Positions 18,438-28,889 of a stretch of DNA of 48,425 nt are shown in pieces (positions within the stretch are counted from its first letter, which is position 1; every line of letters starts with the position of its first letter). Source of the stretch: Synergistaceae bacterium. Lineage in GTDB: Bacteria > Synergistota > Synergistia > Synergistales > Synergistaceae. A model generated the notes under the pieces. That model made no database searches. It saw only the letters and a program-made list of their open reading frames with translations, and had not been told where the DNA came from. A program made the position numbers and the translations under genes. The stretch covers positions 1 to 48,425 of the forward strand of contig JAZUJX010000101.1 of assembly GCA_045642965.1 (NCBI GenBank). The letters are read 5' to 3'.

Positions 18438-19259
18438 TTATTGTACAACAGTTTTGACCAAAATTTTATTTTTATATGTTGCGTCAATAAAATCTGTTTG
18501 CGGCAAATCCTGCAGATCGGGACAGATCTTGTTTACGGCAAGCCCCGCGACTATCCAGTCGTCGCAATTTTCCGGCATTAGGACTGAAGCCCCGCAGTTT
18601 CCGTTTTTCTTTCTGAATATTATTCTTACGGCTGAAATACCGTCATTGGTTTCCGTTTTTACAGCCGCAATTTTATCCAGCCAATCCACAGCTTTCAGAT
18701 TTTCATACCATTTGTATATATTCTCTGCCCTGACAGAACTGCTTTTAATATTGCCGCCTGAACTTTCCGTACTGCACGGCGGCATTTTGTCATCGCTCCA
18801 GTAAATCAGAGGTTTGTCTTTAAGTTCCGATAAGTCAAGTATACTGTTTTCTTCAATATTTGTCTGCCATATCCTGCCGTCCGAAGAAAGATACCAGTAT
18901 TTTCCGTCCCAATAAATCTTCGCTGCAGGCTGCAGCACGCTAAGTTTAAGCTTTATCCTGCCCCATCCTGCGATATTCATTCTGCAGATCAGCGGATACT
19001 GCGACTCAATTTTTTTACAGTATTTTTCGCGCTGAATATAAAATACCGGCCAAAAACGCTGCTGCACTGCCGTTATACCCCGCATTACGATCCGTTCAGG
19101 CAGTATTTTGCCTGGCTCAGCGGTTATCTCTTTCAGTCTGAACAGATGCATTCTTGCTTCAAGCGAAAACAAGACCCCTGCCAGCAGCGCCGCAAACAAA
19201 AATATTATTTTTACACTGCGCTCAGTTTTTCTTGAAGTCGCCGATGAAGCGGATCTCAT
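18438..19259 (-). CDS. ftsQ: FtsQ/DivIB-like cell division protein
   Basis: A single N-terminal TM helix (IIFLFAALLAGVLFSL) followed by a POTRA-like region. The call rests mainly on its position between murB and ftsA. Confidence 0.7.
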   Translation of the reverse strand: MRSASSATSRKTERSVKIIFLFAALLAGVLFSLEARMHLFRLKEITAEPGKILPERIVMRGITAVQQRFWPVFYIQREKYCKKIESQYPLICRMNIAGWGRIKLKLSVLQPAAKIYWDGKYWYLSSDGRIWQTNIEENSILDLSELKDKPLIYWSDDKMPPCSTESSGGNIKSSSVRAENIYKWYENLKAVDWLDKIAAVKTETNDGISAVRIIFRKKNGNCGASVLMPENCDDWIVAGLAVNKICPDLQDLPQTDFIDATYKNKILVKTVVQ

Positions 19260-20100
19260 ATTCCAGTTTTACCCCGAACTTTTCAAGCACTTTGCCGCGG
19301 CACAGCTCACACAGTTTGTATATTTCTTCTGCGGAAGCACTTCCGCTGTTCTCGATAAAATTCGCATGCGCGGAAGATACGACGGCATCCCCGATTTTCA
19401 TGCCTCTGCATCCGCATTCGTCAATCATCTTTCCTGCGCTTCCGCCGGACGGATTTTTAAAAACACAGCCTGCAGTCGCCCTGCCTATAGGCTGCCCTTT
19501 CTTCAAATCGGCGAAACTGCGGATTTTGTCTGTAATCTGTTTTTTCTCCGTTTCCCGCAAAAGCATTTTACAGGAAGCAATAAGCAAATCTTCCGTATCC
19601 ACGGGAGACTGCCTGTACTGCCAGTTGATTTCATTTCCGGCATATTTCCTGGTATTGAAATTTTTGTCGATAGTGGTAATTTCCGTTATTATACGGTTAA
19701 ATCCGTCATCCGACCGTCCTCCGGCATTTCCTCTGAGAGCTCCTCCCAAAGTACCTGGTATGCCGGTAAGGAATTCCAGTCCGGTCAGTGAGTTTTCCAG
19801 GGCAAACGCCAAAAGCTGTTTTGTCGTACAGCCGCATCCGGCTTCAATTTCGACAAAACCTTCACGTCTGACAGTTTTTATGCCTTTTATGTGTCCGGTA
19901 TAAAGCACCGCGGCATTAATAAAACCATCGGCGATAAGCACGTTTGTGCCTCCGCCGAGAATGTAAAAGCTTCTTTTTTCGTTTTTGCAGCATTTCAGAA
20001 AATCAACAGCCTCGTCAACGGTGTGCGGGGCAATCAGGAGTGCACAGCTTCCGCCGGTTTTCCAGCTGTTAAATTCTCTGAGGGAATAACCTTCAGGCAA
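19222..20100 (-). CDS. murB: UDP-N-acetylenolpyruvoylglucosamine reductase
   Basis: FAD-binding N-terminus (FYILGGGTNVLI) and GCVFKNPSGGSAGKMIDECGCRG...SSAHANFIEN. Confidence 0.95.
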   Translation of the reverse strand: MPEGYSLREFNSWKTGGSCALLIAPHTVDEAVDFLKCCKNEKRSFYILGGGTNVLIADGFINAAVLYTGHIKGIKTVRREGFVEIEAGCGCTTKQLLAFALENSLTGLEFLTGIPGTLGGALRGNAGGRSDDGFNRIITEITTIDKNFNTRKYAGNEINWQYRQSPVDTEDLLIASCKMLLRETEKKQITDKIRSFADLKKGQPIGRATAGCVFKNPSGGSAGKMIDECGCRGMKIGDAVVSSAHANFIENSGSASAEEIYKLCELCRGKVLEKFGVKLEYEIRFIGDFKKN

Positions 20101-20101
20101 T

Positions 20102-21517
20102 TTAATTTTCTCCTCTTAAGGTGCCAAGCGTTTCGCAGATTCTTTTTCCGAGAGTGCCGACACTTCCGGCGCCTATGGTCAGTATGATGTCCCCGTCATT
20201 TGCCACCCTGCAGACTGACTTAAGCAGACTTTCAAAATCTCCGCACAGTTCGTAATGTGACCTTCTGTCCTGTGTTATCGCGTCAAAGATCAGCTGAGAA
20301 GAAACGCCTTCCATCGGCGTCTCCGATGACGAGTAGATTGGAAGTATAAAAGCGTTATCAGCATAGGAAAGAGCCTCTGCAAATTCTTTGTAAAGCGCCG
20401 CTGTTCTGCTGAAACGGTGCGGCTGGAAAACAGCTATCACCCTTCTGCCCCTGAAAATCTGCCGCACAGTGCCGAGCGTTGCCTTTATTTCATTCGGATG
20501 ATGTCCGTAATCGTCGTAAATTAATATGTCTCCGACCTGACCTATTTTCTGGAGGCGTCTTTTTGCACCGCTGAAACAGGCAAGCGCGCGTTTTACGCTT
20601 TCAAACGGTATTCCCATCTCAAAAGCCGCCGCGCAGGTTGCAAGCGAATTGAGAATATTGTGCTCGCCGGACACCTTGAGTTCTATTTCGTCAACAGGCT
20701 GCCCGTCATGGAAAAGCTTGTATCTTGCGCCGCCGCCGTCAATATGCTTAATGTCGGCTGCACCCCAGTTCCAGTTTGTACCCCAGCCGTACGTTACCAC
20801 CCCGTCTTTGACGCCGTAATCGCTGAACAGTGTCTTGACTCCCGAATCTTCCATGCAGAGAATACTTTTGCCGCCTTTTTTCCTGTTGGAAAGAAATTCG
20901 TTAAAGGCGTCGGTCACTGCCTTAAACGTCATGTAATGATCCCTGTGATCCCAGTCAATATTGGTAACAACGGCGATTTCAGGATGAAAATACACGAAAG
21001 ATCTGTCGCTTTCGTCAAGCTCGGCAACCATGTATTTTCCTCTGCCCAGCTTTGCGTTTGTACCTATTTCCAGCACCTCTCCGCCTACGGCTATGGACGG
21101 GTCCATACCTGCCATTTCTGCTGTCAGCGAAATCATTGAAGAAGTCGTGGTTTTTCCGTGTGTACCGGCAACGCCGACACCGCAACGGGCATTAAAAATT
21201 ATACTTAAAATTTCCGCACGTCTTGAAACCCGTACGCCTCTCTGCCAGGCTGCAGTCATTTCGGGATGATCCTGCGGGATGGCGCTTGAAAATACTATTA
21301 TGTCCGGATTGTATTTTTCAAAATGGTCAACAGAATGTCCCTGTTCAACAGGGATGCCCTGTTTTTTCAGTTTTTCGGCATAAGCACTTTCTCCCTCATC
21401 ACAGCCGGAGACATTGGCACCAAGCTGGTCCAAAAGAACTGCCAAGCCGCTCATTCCTGCACCGCCTATACCCATAAGATGTATATTTTTAGTTTTCAGT
21501 TCAACGTCAGGCTGCAT
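20102..21517 (-). CDS. murC: UDP-N-acetylmuramate--L-alanine ligase
   Basis: Motifs HLMGIGGAGMSGLA and GVAGTHGKTTTSSM. The start was trimmed to the ATG at 21517 (MQPDVELK), which has an AAGGGAG RBS. The track start at 21571 is a TTG inside murG. Confidence 0.93.
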   Translation of the reverse strand: MQPDVELKTKNIHLMGIGGAGMSGLAVLLDQLGANVSGCDEGESAYAEKLKKQGIPVEQGHSVDHFEKYNPDIIVFSSAIPQDHPEMTAAWQRGVRVSRRAEILSIIFNARCGVGVAGTHGKTTTSSMISLTAEMAGMDPSIAVGGEVLEIGTNAKLGRGKYMVAELDESDRSFVYFHPEIAVVTNIDWDHRDHYMTFKAVTDAFNEFLSNRKKGGKSILCMEDSGVKTLFSDYGVKDGVVTYGWGTNWNWGAADIKHIDGGGARYKLFHDGQPVDEIELKVSGEHNILNSLATCAAAFEMGIPFESVKRALACFSGAKRRLQKIGQVGDILIYDDYGHHPNEIKATLGTVRQIFRGRRVIAVFQPHRFSRTAALYKEFAEALSYADNAFILPIYSSSETPMEGVSSQLIFDAITQDRRSHYELCGDFESLLKSVCRVANDGDIILTIGAGSVGTLGKRICETLGTLRGEN

Positions 21518-21531
21518 AGCAACTACTCCCT

Positions 21532-22605
21532 TCAGCAGCGCGAGGAAACCTCTGCCCATAATCCGCTGCAAATGCTCTCTGCATTATTATACAATTTTGA
21601 AGACGTAATTTGCTGTTTTTCTTCACTTAATTTTTCAAGCTGCAAAAGTTTTTTTGCAAACTGTCTTTCGTCTTTCCCGTTCCACACCAGCGCTGCGTTG
21701 TCAGAGGCAAAAGCGACGGCATTGTGAAACTGATGATTGTCTGCCGCTTTTTCCCACGGGATAACAAGAGCGGCAATTCCAAGGGTTCCAGCTTCCGTCA
21801 ACGAAGATGCGCCCGCACGCATAACTGCCATATCTGCCAAACTGTAGAGAAGTTCAGTATTCCATACCTTTGGCAGCAGATATACGTTGTCTGCAGCCTG
21901 TTCTCGGCTTTCCGACGCTGCCGGAAGTATAAACGTCCAGTTGTTGAATGGGGACTGTGCCGCAATTCTGCATATCTGTTCTTTTACCGAGCTGCTGCCG
22001 AGAGAACCCGTAAAAACAACAACTTTTTTGCCGACAGGCATTGCAGAACTAAATCCAAGTTCTCTCCAGGCTTCAGTCTGCCTTGGAAATTTAAAATTTC
22101 TGACAGGCACACCCGTTCTCACATATTGTCCTGATTTAAGTGGAGCACAATCCTGCCATCCGCTGAATACAGGAATTTTTTTTGCGGCAGCAAAGCGCGT
22201 AACTTTTCCGGCAAATGCGTTTTGTTCCTGTATCGCAACGGGTATTCTGTACATTCGGGCTGCAAGAAGCACTGGGAACGAGATATATCCGCCGAACAGA
22301 AGTATAAAATCGGGCTTTGTGCGGTTAAGTATTCCTCTGACCTCGCTGAAAGCCTTAAACAAAGCCTTGATTCTCCTGCATTTTTCTTTAAAGCCGCCGG
22401 ACAGCGGAGAACCAGTCATGGAAAGCACAAACGGCTCACGTTCAGCTGCTGAATATATTTCCTTTTCAAGCGGACGGTTTCCGCATATAAAATCAACCTT
22501 TACTTCAGGTTTATTCTCTTCAATCCATCTGCCGAACGAGACAGCCGGCCATATGTGACCGCCAGTGCCTCCGGCAACAAGGAAAATCCTTTTTTCAGTC
22601 TTCAT
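21532..22605 (-). CDS. murG: Undecaprenyldiphospho-muramoylpentapeptide beta-N-acetylglucosaminyltransferase
   Basis: Motifs GGTGGHIWPA and C-terminal MRAGASSLTEA. The ATG at 22605 (MKTEKRIF) is preferred over the GTG at 22617. Confidence 0.93.
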   Translation of the reverse strand: MKTEKRIFLVAGGTGGHIWPAVSFGRWIEENKPEVKVDFICGNRPLEKEIYSAAEREPFVLSMTGSPLSGGFKEKCRRIKALFKAFSEVRGILNRTKPDFILLFGGYISFPVLLAARMYRIPVAIQEQNAFAGKVTRFAAAKKIPVFSGWQDCAPLKSGQYVRTGVPVRNFKFPRQTEAWRELGFSSAMPVGKKVVVFTGSLGSSSVKEQICRIAAQSPFNNWTFILPAASESREQAADNVYLLPKVWNTELLYSLADMAVMRAGASSLTEAGTLGIAALVIPWEKAADNHQFHNAVAFASDNAALVWNGKDERQFAKKLLQLEKLSEEKQQITSSKLYNNAESICSGLWAEVSSRC

Positions 22606-23704
22606 AGTCAGGTTCACTCTCCTTTTCCAGCCGCATTATTATCCCTATACGCGACCACATCATCAGAAGTGACGTTCCTCCGTAACTTAAAAACGGAAAC
22701 GGCATTCCGGTCAGCGGAATCAGCTTTGTTACCCCGCCTACGTTGATCACTAGAGGGAACAGCACCGTCAGTGCAAGCCCCCATGTAAGCGATGCCATGT
22801 ATCCCTCTTCACATCTGAAATAGACTCTGTTGACCTGAGAAAGCCAGTATGCCACAGCCATCAGCAGAACCAAAGCTCCTATCAGCCCCATTTCTTCGCT
22901 GATTGCCGCATAGATAAAATCCGTGTACGCGGCAGGAAGATAATTCAGCTTCTGGAAACCGTGTCCAAGCCCGCTCCCCCAAAAACCGCCGTTCGCAAAA
23001 GCAATAAGTCCCTGTATCGTCTGATACCCCTTGTTAAACGGATCTGACCATGGGTCAAGCCAGGCCGCCAGACGCCTAATACGGTATGGCTGAAGCAAAA
23101 TCATTCCGTAAAATCCAACCGCCCCTATCAACAAACCAAGTAACGGAAATTTCCAGCCTTTTCTTTCCACGTACATTCCCATACTGATAACAAACATCAC
23201 CATTGTTGTACCCATATCAGGCTGCATCATAACGGGCAGTGCACAAACAAGAAACAGTCCGGCTACTTCCAAAAACTGTATCCAGTCAGCTTTTTGCGTC
23301 CGCCGTGACAATATTTTGGCAAGATGAAGCGCAAGCGACAGACATAACAGTTCACTCGGCTGTATCGAAACAGAAACACCCGGTATATGTATCCAGCGCC
23401 TTGCACCGCCTATAGCCATGCCTATTCCCGGCACTTTTGGCAGCCACGTCATAATCCAGCTGCATATCAGCATATACGGACTGATCCTGTACCAAATTTT
23501 GAGCGGCACATTATACATGAATAATGATGCGACAATTGCCATACACAGCCACAGAAGCTGTTTAAGGCCAACCTGGTACGGGGTGCCGCTGATACTGAAA
23601 GAAGAGGGGCCCGTTGTTGAAACTATAAGCAATATCCCGATGCCGCTCAGCACAAGCGGCACTCCCCAAAGCACAGGATTTATTTTGAATCTGCTTTTAT
23701 CCAT
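22595..23704 (-). CDS. ftsW: SEDS-family peptidoglycan glycosyltransferase FtsW
   Basis: A polytopic membrane protein with QPDMGTTMV and TDFIYAAISEEMGLIG. Confidence 0.93.
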   Translation of the reverse strand: MDKSRFKINPVLWGVPLVLSGIGILLIVSTTGPSSFSISGTPYQVGLKQLLWLCMAIVASLFMYNVPLKIWYRISPYMLICSWIMTWLPKVPGIGMAIGGARRWIHIPGVSVSIQPSELLCLSLALHLAKILSRRTQKADWIQFLEVAGLFLVCALPVMMQPDMGTTMVMFVISMGMYVERKGWKFPLLGLLIGAVGFYGMILLQPYRIRRLAAWLDPWSDPFNKGYQTIQGLIAFANGGFWGSGLGHGFQKLNYLPAAYTDFIYAAISEEMGLIGALVLLMAVAYWLSQVNRVYFRCEEGYMASLTWGLALTVLFPLVINVGGVTKLIPLTGMPFPFLSYGGTSLLMMWSRIGIIMRLEKESEPDYED

Positions 23705-25046
23705 TCCGCTCCCTGCTTATAATTTCAGCGGCAGCTGCGCAGAAATCCCTGCCCCTGGCTTCAAAATCAGGATACATGTCCCAGCTTGTACAGGCAGGCG
23801 ATAAAAGTACTGTCTCGCCTTTTTCGGCCATTGCATATGCTGTTTCAACAGCGTCCTTCATCTGCGCCGCAAATTTAAATTCATGATAACCGGCATTGTC
23901 AAGCGTCTCGGCAATCTTTTCTTTTTCGCTGCCGATAATAACTGCTTTTCTGGCATATTTTTGCACAGTTTCAGCAAGCAGAGCATAATCCTCACCCTTG
24001 CCCTGTCCTCCGAGTATAACCACTTTTTTCCCCGGCAGAGAGGACAAAGCGGTAACGGATGCCGCAACATTTGTGCCTTTGGAATCATTTACGAAAACAA
24101 TACCGTTTACTTCTCCGGCATATTCACAGCGATGTTCGGGAGCCTTAAAAGCGGCAAGCAGTTTTTTATCCGTAACAGCATCTGTCAGTTTCAAGGCAGA
24201 CATTGACATGGCAGCGTTCTCAAGATTATGGTCGCCAAGAAGCTTCACATCGGAAAAATCAAAAAGCTTTTCTGAATCAAGATAGGCGGCAGAGCTGTCT
24301 CTGTCCATAAAAATTCTGCAGTCATTCTGCCAGCCAAGCATATACACGCTCGTTTCAGCTGAAGGTTTAAGCAGCTCCGTGTCTCTTTTCTGGCAGATTG
24401 CCGCACCTCTTTGAATTATGCAGTTGAAAAGATTCGCTTTTGACGCCACGTAATTCTCGTATGACCCGTGCCAGTTTAAATGGTCAGGCGCCAGGTTTGT
24501 AATTATTCCGGTATTGCATCTGAAACTTTTTGACCAGTAAAGCTGGAAGCTGCTCAATTCCATAGCGATATAGTCAAATTCTTTATCGGCAAGTTCGGCA
24601 ATGCCAAGCCCTATGTTTCCGGCAGCCGTCGAACGGTAACCGCTTTTTTCAAGAAGCTCAGCAATCATTGAACAGGTCGTAGTTTTCCCGTTGCTGCCCG
24701 TTACAGCTATTATTCTGCCTTTGAGATACGGGTACGAAAAATCAAGTTCGCCTGTCAGTTTCAGTCCTTTATCCCGTGCCGCTTTTACGGCAGGTATGTA
24801 AGGCGGTATTCCCGAACTGACGACGATTTCATCGCATTCAAGCAGTTTTTCGCTGTTCTGATTTTCTTCCCATTTGATATTTTCCGCTTCAAACAGTTCT
24901 TTTTTGTCTTCGGCTATCTGTTTTCCGTCAGATACAAAAACATCAGCGCCGTGTCTCGCCGCAAGTCTGGCAACTGCGCAGCCGCTGACGCCTGCTCCGA
25001 TTATACTTATTTTTTTGCCTGTGAGATCTTTATTCATTACATTCAC
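23697..25046 (-). CDS. murD: UDP-N-acetylmuramoylalanine--D-glutamate ligase
   Basis: Motifs IIGAGVSGCA and VTGSNGKTTT. The GTG start overlaps the mraY TGA; an alternative ATG lies at 25037. Confidence 0.94.
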   Translation of the reverse strand: MNVMNKDLTGKKISIIGAGVSGCAVARLAARHGADVFVSDGKQIAEDKKELFEAENIKWEENQNSEKLLECDEIVVSSGIPPYIPAVKAARDKGLKLTGELDFSYPYLKGRIIAVTGSNGKTTTCSMIAELLEKSGYRSTAAGNIGLGIAELADKEFDYIAMELSSFQLYWSKSFRCNTGIITNLAPDHLNWHGSYENYVASKANLFNCIIQRGAAICQKRDTELLKPSAETSVYMLGWQNDCRIFMDRDSSAAYLDSEKLFDFSDVKLLGDHNLENAAMSMSALKLTDAVTDKKLLAAFKAPEHRCEYAGEVNGIVFVNDSKGTNVAASVTALSSLPGKKVVILGGQGKGEDYALLAETVQKYARKAVIIGSEKEKIAETLDNAGYHEFKFAAQMKDAVETAYAMAEKGETVLLSPACTSWDMYPDFEARGRDFCAAAAEIISRERNG

Positions 25047-26020
25047 TTTGAAAGATACATTTCAATTACTGAAAGCAGCATTGTCCCCATAAGGGCTCCC
25101 AGCATATGCATAATCCAAAAACGCATTACAACCTGGTTTTCTCCCCAGCCCTTAAGCTCAAAATGGTGGTGAATCGGGCTCATCAGGAAAACTTTTCTGT
25201 GCAGCTTCCTTATTGCAAAAATCTGTATTGCTACGGAAAGTATTTCAATCATAAAAATAAAACTCAGCGGTATCATATACAGTACTGCGTTGCAGTCAAG
25301 GCAAATTACAAATATTACTGCTCCGAGGAAATGTGAGCCGCAGTCTCCCATAAACACCTTGGCAGGATTTGCGTTATGCCACAGAAATCCGAGACAGATG
25401 CCGGCAGTTACCGCCAGCATTACGTAGGTTACCGGATCCAGCGTCATGAATGCCTTTATGCCTGCGAACGTAATCAGCGTACATCCGGTGGATAATCCGT
25501 CAAGCCCGTCAGTAACATTAACGGCATTCAATATAGTCACACCCAAAACACTTACAAACAGAACTCCTGCCCAGCGCGGCAAAACAATGTCTGCAATCAG
25601 CACGAACTCTCCGTCAACCGCATAAACGGCAAGCGGAACGGTTATCAGTATCTGAAGGAACAATTTTTGAAGACTTTTCAGTCCTTCGCTTGAATTGCTT
25701 TTGTATTTCAGCCAGTCGTCTGCAAAGCCGACTCCAAATGCCGCAAGCGGATACATGACAGAAGCAATACACAAATCGGCAGGAAAATTACAGTAAACCG
25801 CGATTGACACAAACATCACCAGATATACAAGCACAAAAACAACTCCGCCCATAGAAGGCGTCCCCATCTTTGCTTTGTCGTGCCAGCTCGGCCCGTACAT
25901 TTTCGTAACCTGTTCAATTCTCATTTTCAGCATCTGGGCTATCCAGAAATGCTGCAATACTGCTTCACTGAATAAAGCCGTCAGGAGCATGCCAAGGAAA
26001 AACACGAATGGAAAAAACAT
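25043..26020 (-). CDS. mraY: Phospho-N-acetylmuramoyl-pentapeptide transferase
   Basis: Motifs GTPSMGGV, NAVNVTDGLDGL and MGDCGSHFLG. Confidence 0.96.
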   Translation of the reverse strand: MFFPFVFFLGMLLTALFSEAVLQHFWIAQMLKMRIEQVTKMYGPSWHDKAKMGTPSMGGVVFVLVYLVMFVSIAVYCNFPADLCIASVMYPLAAFGVGFADDWLKYKSNSSEGLKSLQKLFLQILITVPLAVYAVDGEFVLIADIVLPRWAGVLFVSVLGVTILNAVNVTDGLDGLSTGCTLITFAGIKAFMTLDPVTYVMLAVTAGICLGFLWHNANPAKVFMGDCGSHFLGAVIFVICLDCNAVLYMIPLSFIFMIEILSVAIQIFAIRKLHRKVFLMSPIHHHFELKGWGENQVVMRFWIMHMLGALMGTMLLSVIEMYLSK

Positions 26021-26022
26021 TT

Positions 26023-27405
26023 TTAACCCTCCGTCAGTACAGTTACAAGCCTTTTAAGACCGTAGGAATTTGAACCTTTGATTAACAGCACAGTGTCGGA
26101 CAAATCCTCGTTTATTACGTCATCTGTCAAATCTTCGAAGCTGTCGTACAGCTTTGCATTCTCCGGAATTGCGGCATCACGCCATTCTTCACCCAGGAGG
26201 AACAGTCTGTCACAGCGCTTCGCCAGAAAAAGTATCTCCTTATGCCAGTACAGGCTGTCTTTCCCGAGCTCGCGCATTCCGGCAAGCACGGCTGTTTTTT
26301 TCATACTGCCTGAAATTTCGTACAGATTTTCTATTGCTGCTCTCATTGAGGCTGGATTGGCATTATACGCTTCATCGATCACCCATGAATTATCCGGCAG
26401 TTTTTTGCAAACCCCGCGTCCGGCAATAGGATTAAGTTCCGCAAAAGCGCTCTTTATATCTTCATCGCTGACTCCGTAATAAAGCGCTGCTGCCAGTGCG
26501 TAGCCGATATTGTATGCATGCTGTTTGCCGAACAGCCCTGCACTGCATTCAAAATCCGCATCTTCTGATCGGTATACAGCGGATATTTTTGCGCCGCAGC
26601 CGCCAAGAGAAATTTTTGTCTGCACTATTTTCAGATCGGCATCACCGGAATAACCTACGCCGATAAGTTTCTCAGCGTTAACCCCTGCCTGCAGGGATTC
26701 TTTAAGCAGCACATTGTCTGCATTATACACCAGCACCCTTACTCCCCGCGAACAAATCTCAAGCTTGGCCTTAAGCACTCCGCCGATACTGCCGAAACCT
26801 GCAAGATGGGCAGGAGCAATTTCCGTTATCAAAGCTGTTTCAGGCGGGAACAAATCTGTCATTTCGCTTATTTCGCCAAAATGGTTCGTTCCGAATTCAA
26901 GCACAAGCATTTCCGTATCGGCAGGCATTTCCAAAACAACAAGACTGCATCCAAGGGACGTGTTAAAACTGCGTATTGCGCTGTGAAGTTTGTATTTTTT
27001 GCCGAGGGCAGCAACAAGCAGTTCCCTTGTAGTGGTTTTACCAACGCTTCCTGTTATGCCAACAATCTGCGGTGATACTTTTTCAAAATATGCGTGGGCA
27101 AGTGCGCTGAGAGCCTTGAGCGTATCATCAACGGCGATAGTACTCAGACCGGCATAATCGGGAGAATCAAGTCCGAGTTCAGACACTTTGTTCTTCTGCA
27201 CAAGAAGCATTTGAGCTCCGCGGTCAATTGCCTGGCGTACAAAAAGATGTCCGTCGGTATTCCCGCCCTTTACGGCAACAAAAGCATCCCCGAAAGTTAT
27301 ATCACGGCTGTCTGCACGCCATCTCCGGCAGATATCCGCGTCACTTCCGTACAGTTCTCCTTTGCATATTTTTGCAGCTTCCGAAGCGGTCATGATACAG
27401 TTCAT
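26023..27405 (-). CDS. murF: UDP-N-acetylmuramoyl-tripeptide--D-alanyl-D-alanine ligase
   Basis: Motif GITGSVGKTTTRE. The start is set to the ATG at 27405, which forms an ATGA overlap with the murE stop. The track start at 27432 lies inside murE. Confidence 0.93.
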   Translation of the reverse strand: MNCIMTASEAAKICKGELYGSDADICRRWRADSRDITFGDAFVAVKGGNTDGHLFVRQAIDRGAQMLLVQKNKVSELGLDSPDYAGLSTIAVDDTLKALSALAHAYFEKVSPQIVGITGSVGKTTTRELLVAALGKKYKLHSAIRSFNTSLGCSLVVLEMPADTEMLVLEFGTNHFGEISEMTDLFPPETALITEIAPAHLAGFGSIGGVLKAKLEICSRGVRVLVYNADNVLLKESLQAGVNAEKLIGVGYSGDADLKIVQTKISLGGCGAKISAVYRSEDADFECSAGLFGKQHAYNIGYALAAALYYGVSDEDIKSAFAELNPIAGRGVCKKLPDNSWVIDEAYNANPASMRAAIENLYEISGSMKKTAVLAGMRELGKDSLYWHKEILFLAKRCDRLFLLGEEWRDAAIPENAKLYDSFEDLTDDVINEDLSDTVLLIKGSNSYGLKRLVTVLTEG

Positions 27406-28889
27406 TCTATCTCTCTCCCTTCTTCGGTACACCAGTCAGAAAGAACTTCTTTATCGTTGAACGGAATTTTTCTACCGTTAATTTCCATATAAGTTTCCGG
27501 GCCTTTGCCTATTATCGCAACTATATCGTCTTTGGTCATCATTGACAGTGCGTAATAAATCGCTTTTCTTCGGTCGGTTATTCTCAGGCATTCAGCTGCA
27601 TGTTGCTTTGTACCTGCTTCCAGGGCATCTATAATTGCCTCAGGATTTTCGCTGCGCGGATTGTCATTCGTCAAGATGACACAGTCTGCAAGTCTTGAAC
27701 CGATTTCTCCCATCAGAGGTCTCTTTGCTTTATCCCTGTCCCCACCTGCGCCAAAAACAGCAATAAGTTTTCCGCTGCACACAGAACGCAGCGCTGTAAG
27801 CAGTTTTTCCATTCCGTCAGGAGCATGCGCAAAATCAATTACACAGCAGCCTGAATTTTTAATCATATATCTTTCCAGACGTCCTGGAATCTGCGGCATT
27901 GCTTTAAGCGCTTTTACGGCAGTCTCTGTTTTTACGCCGGAAAAACCTGCAAGCGTAAGCGCCTGCATCGCATTCAATATGTTATGCGTGCCTATTACCG
28001 GCAAAACCGTTTCATAAACCTGTCCGTTAATTTTAAGTCTGATGTCAGTACCGGCGGCAGACACGGACAAAATTTCCGCGCTGCAGTCTGCATCTGAATT
28101 TGCAAGACTGTAGGACACGGCATGATTTTTATATTCAGTACATATTCTTCTGCTGTATTCGTTGTCGGCAAAAGCAGAAACCTTCCAACTGCCGCGCATA
28201 TATTTTTCAAAAAGCTGTTTTTTTGCTTCAAAGTAACTTTCCATGGTACCGTGATAGTCAAGATGATCCTGTGTAAGATTGGTAAAACCGGCGGCGTCAA
28301 AAAGACAGCCCTCAAGCCTTCCCTGCACAATCGCATGCGAAGATGCTTCCATGACACACGCTTTGCATCCGTTTTCAGCCATTTTTGACAGCTTGTACTG
28401 AATAATGTCTGCTTCGGGAGTGGTTCTCGGCGCTTCAGCCCTTTCTGCGCCGTCGTCATAACAGACAGTGCCCAGCAGTCCGCATTTTATGCCTGCGTAA
28501 TCAAGAATGGCTTTTGTCATAAACGTTGAAGTCGTTTTTCCGGTCGTCCCGGTTATTGCAAACATTTTTAGCTTTTCTGCAGGTCTGCCGTAAAGAACTG
28601 CCGCAACGAGCCCCATGTTTCTTCTTACGTCAGCGCAGATAATCTGCGGTACGGCAATGTCAAGTTTTTTTTCGCACACAAGCGCGCATGCCCCGCATTT
28701 TACGGCATCGGAAGCATAATTATGTCCGTCAGAATGTTCGCCTTTTACACATGCAAAAATTGTTCCGCACAGCACCTTTCTGCTGTCAGCAGTCAGGAAA
28801 TTAATGTCAGCACAGTTTGCGTCTTCATTTAAAACTGTGAAATCAAGCGCTGTTTTTTTCAGTTCCTTCACCAATTCGCCAAATTTCAT
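27402..28889 (-). CDS. murE: UDP-N-acetylmuramoyl-L-alanyl-D-glutamate--2,6-diaminopimelate ligase
   Basis: Motif ITGTTGKTTSTF. A DNPR motif (LTNDNPRSE) indicates meso-DAP specificity. Confidence 0.94.
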   Translation of the reverse strand: MKFGELVKELKKTALDFTVLNEDANCADINFLTADSRKVLCGTIFACVKGEHSDGHNYASDAVKCGACALVCEKKLDIAVPQIICADVRRNMGLVAAVLYGRPAEKLKMFAITGTTGKTTSTFMTKAILDYAGIKCGLLGTVCYDDGAERAEAPRTTPEADIIQYKLSKMAENGCKACVMEASSHAIVQGRLEGCLFDAAGFTNLTQDHLDYHGTMESYFEAKKQLFEKYMRGSWKVSAFADNEYSRRICTEYKNHAVSYSLANSDADCSAEILSVSAAGTDIRLKINGQVYETVLPVIGTHNILNAMQALTLAGFSGVKTETAVKALKAMPQIPGRLERYMIKNSGCCVIDFAHAPDGMEKLLTALRSVCSGKLIAVFGAGGDRDKAKRPLMGEIGSRLADCVILTNDNPRSENPEAIIDALEAGTKQHAAECLRITDRRKAIYYALSMMTKDDIVAIIGKGPETYMEINGRKIPFNDKEVLSDWCTEEGREIE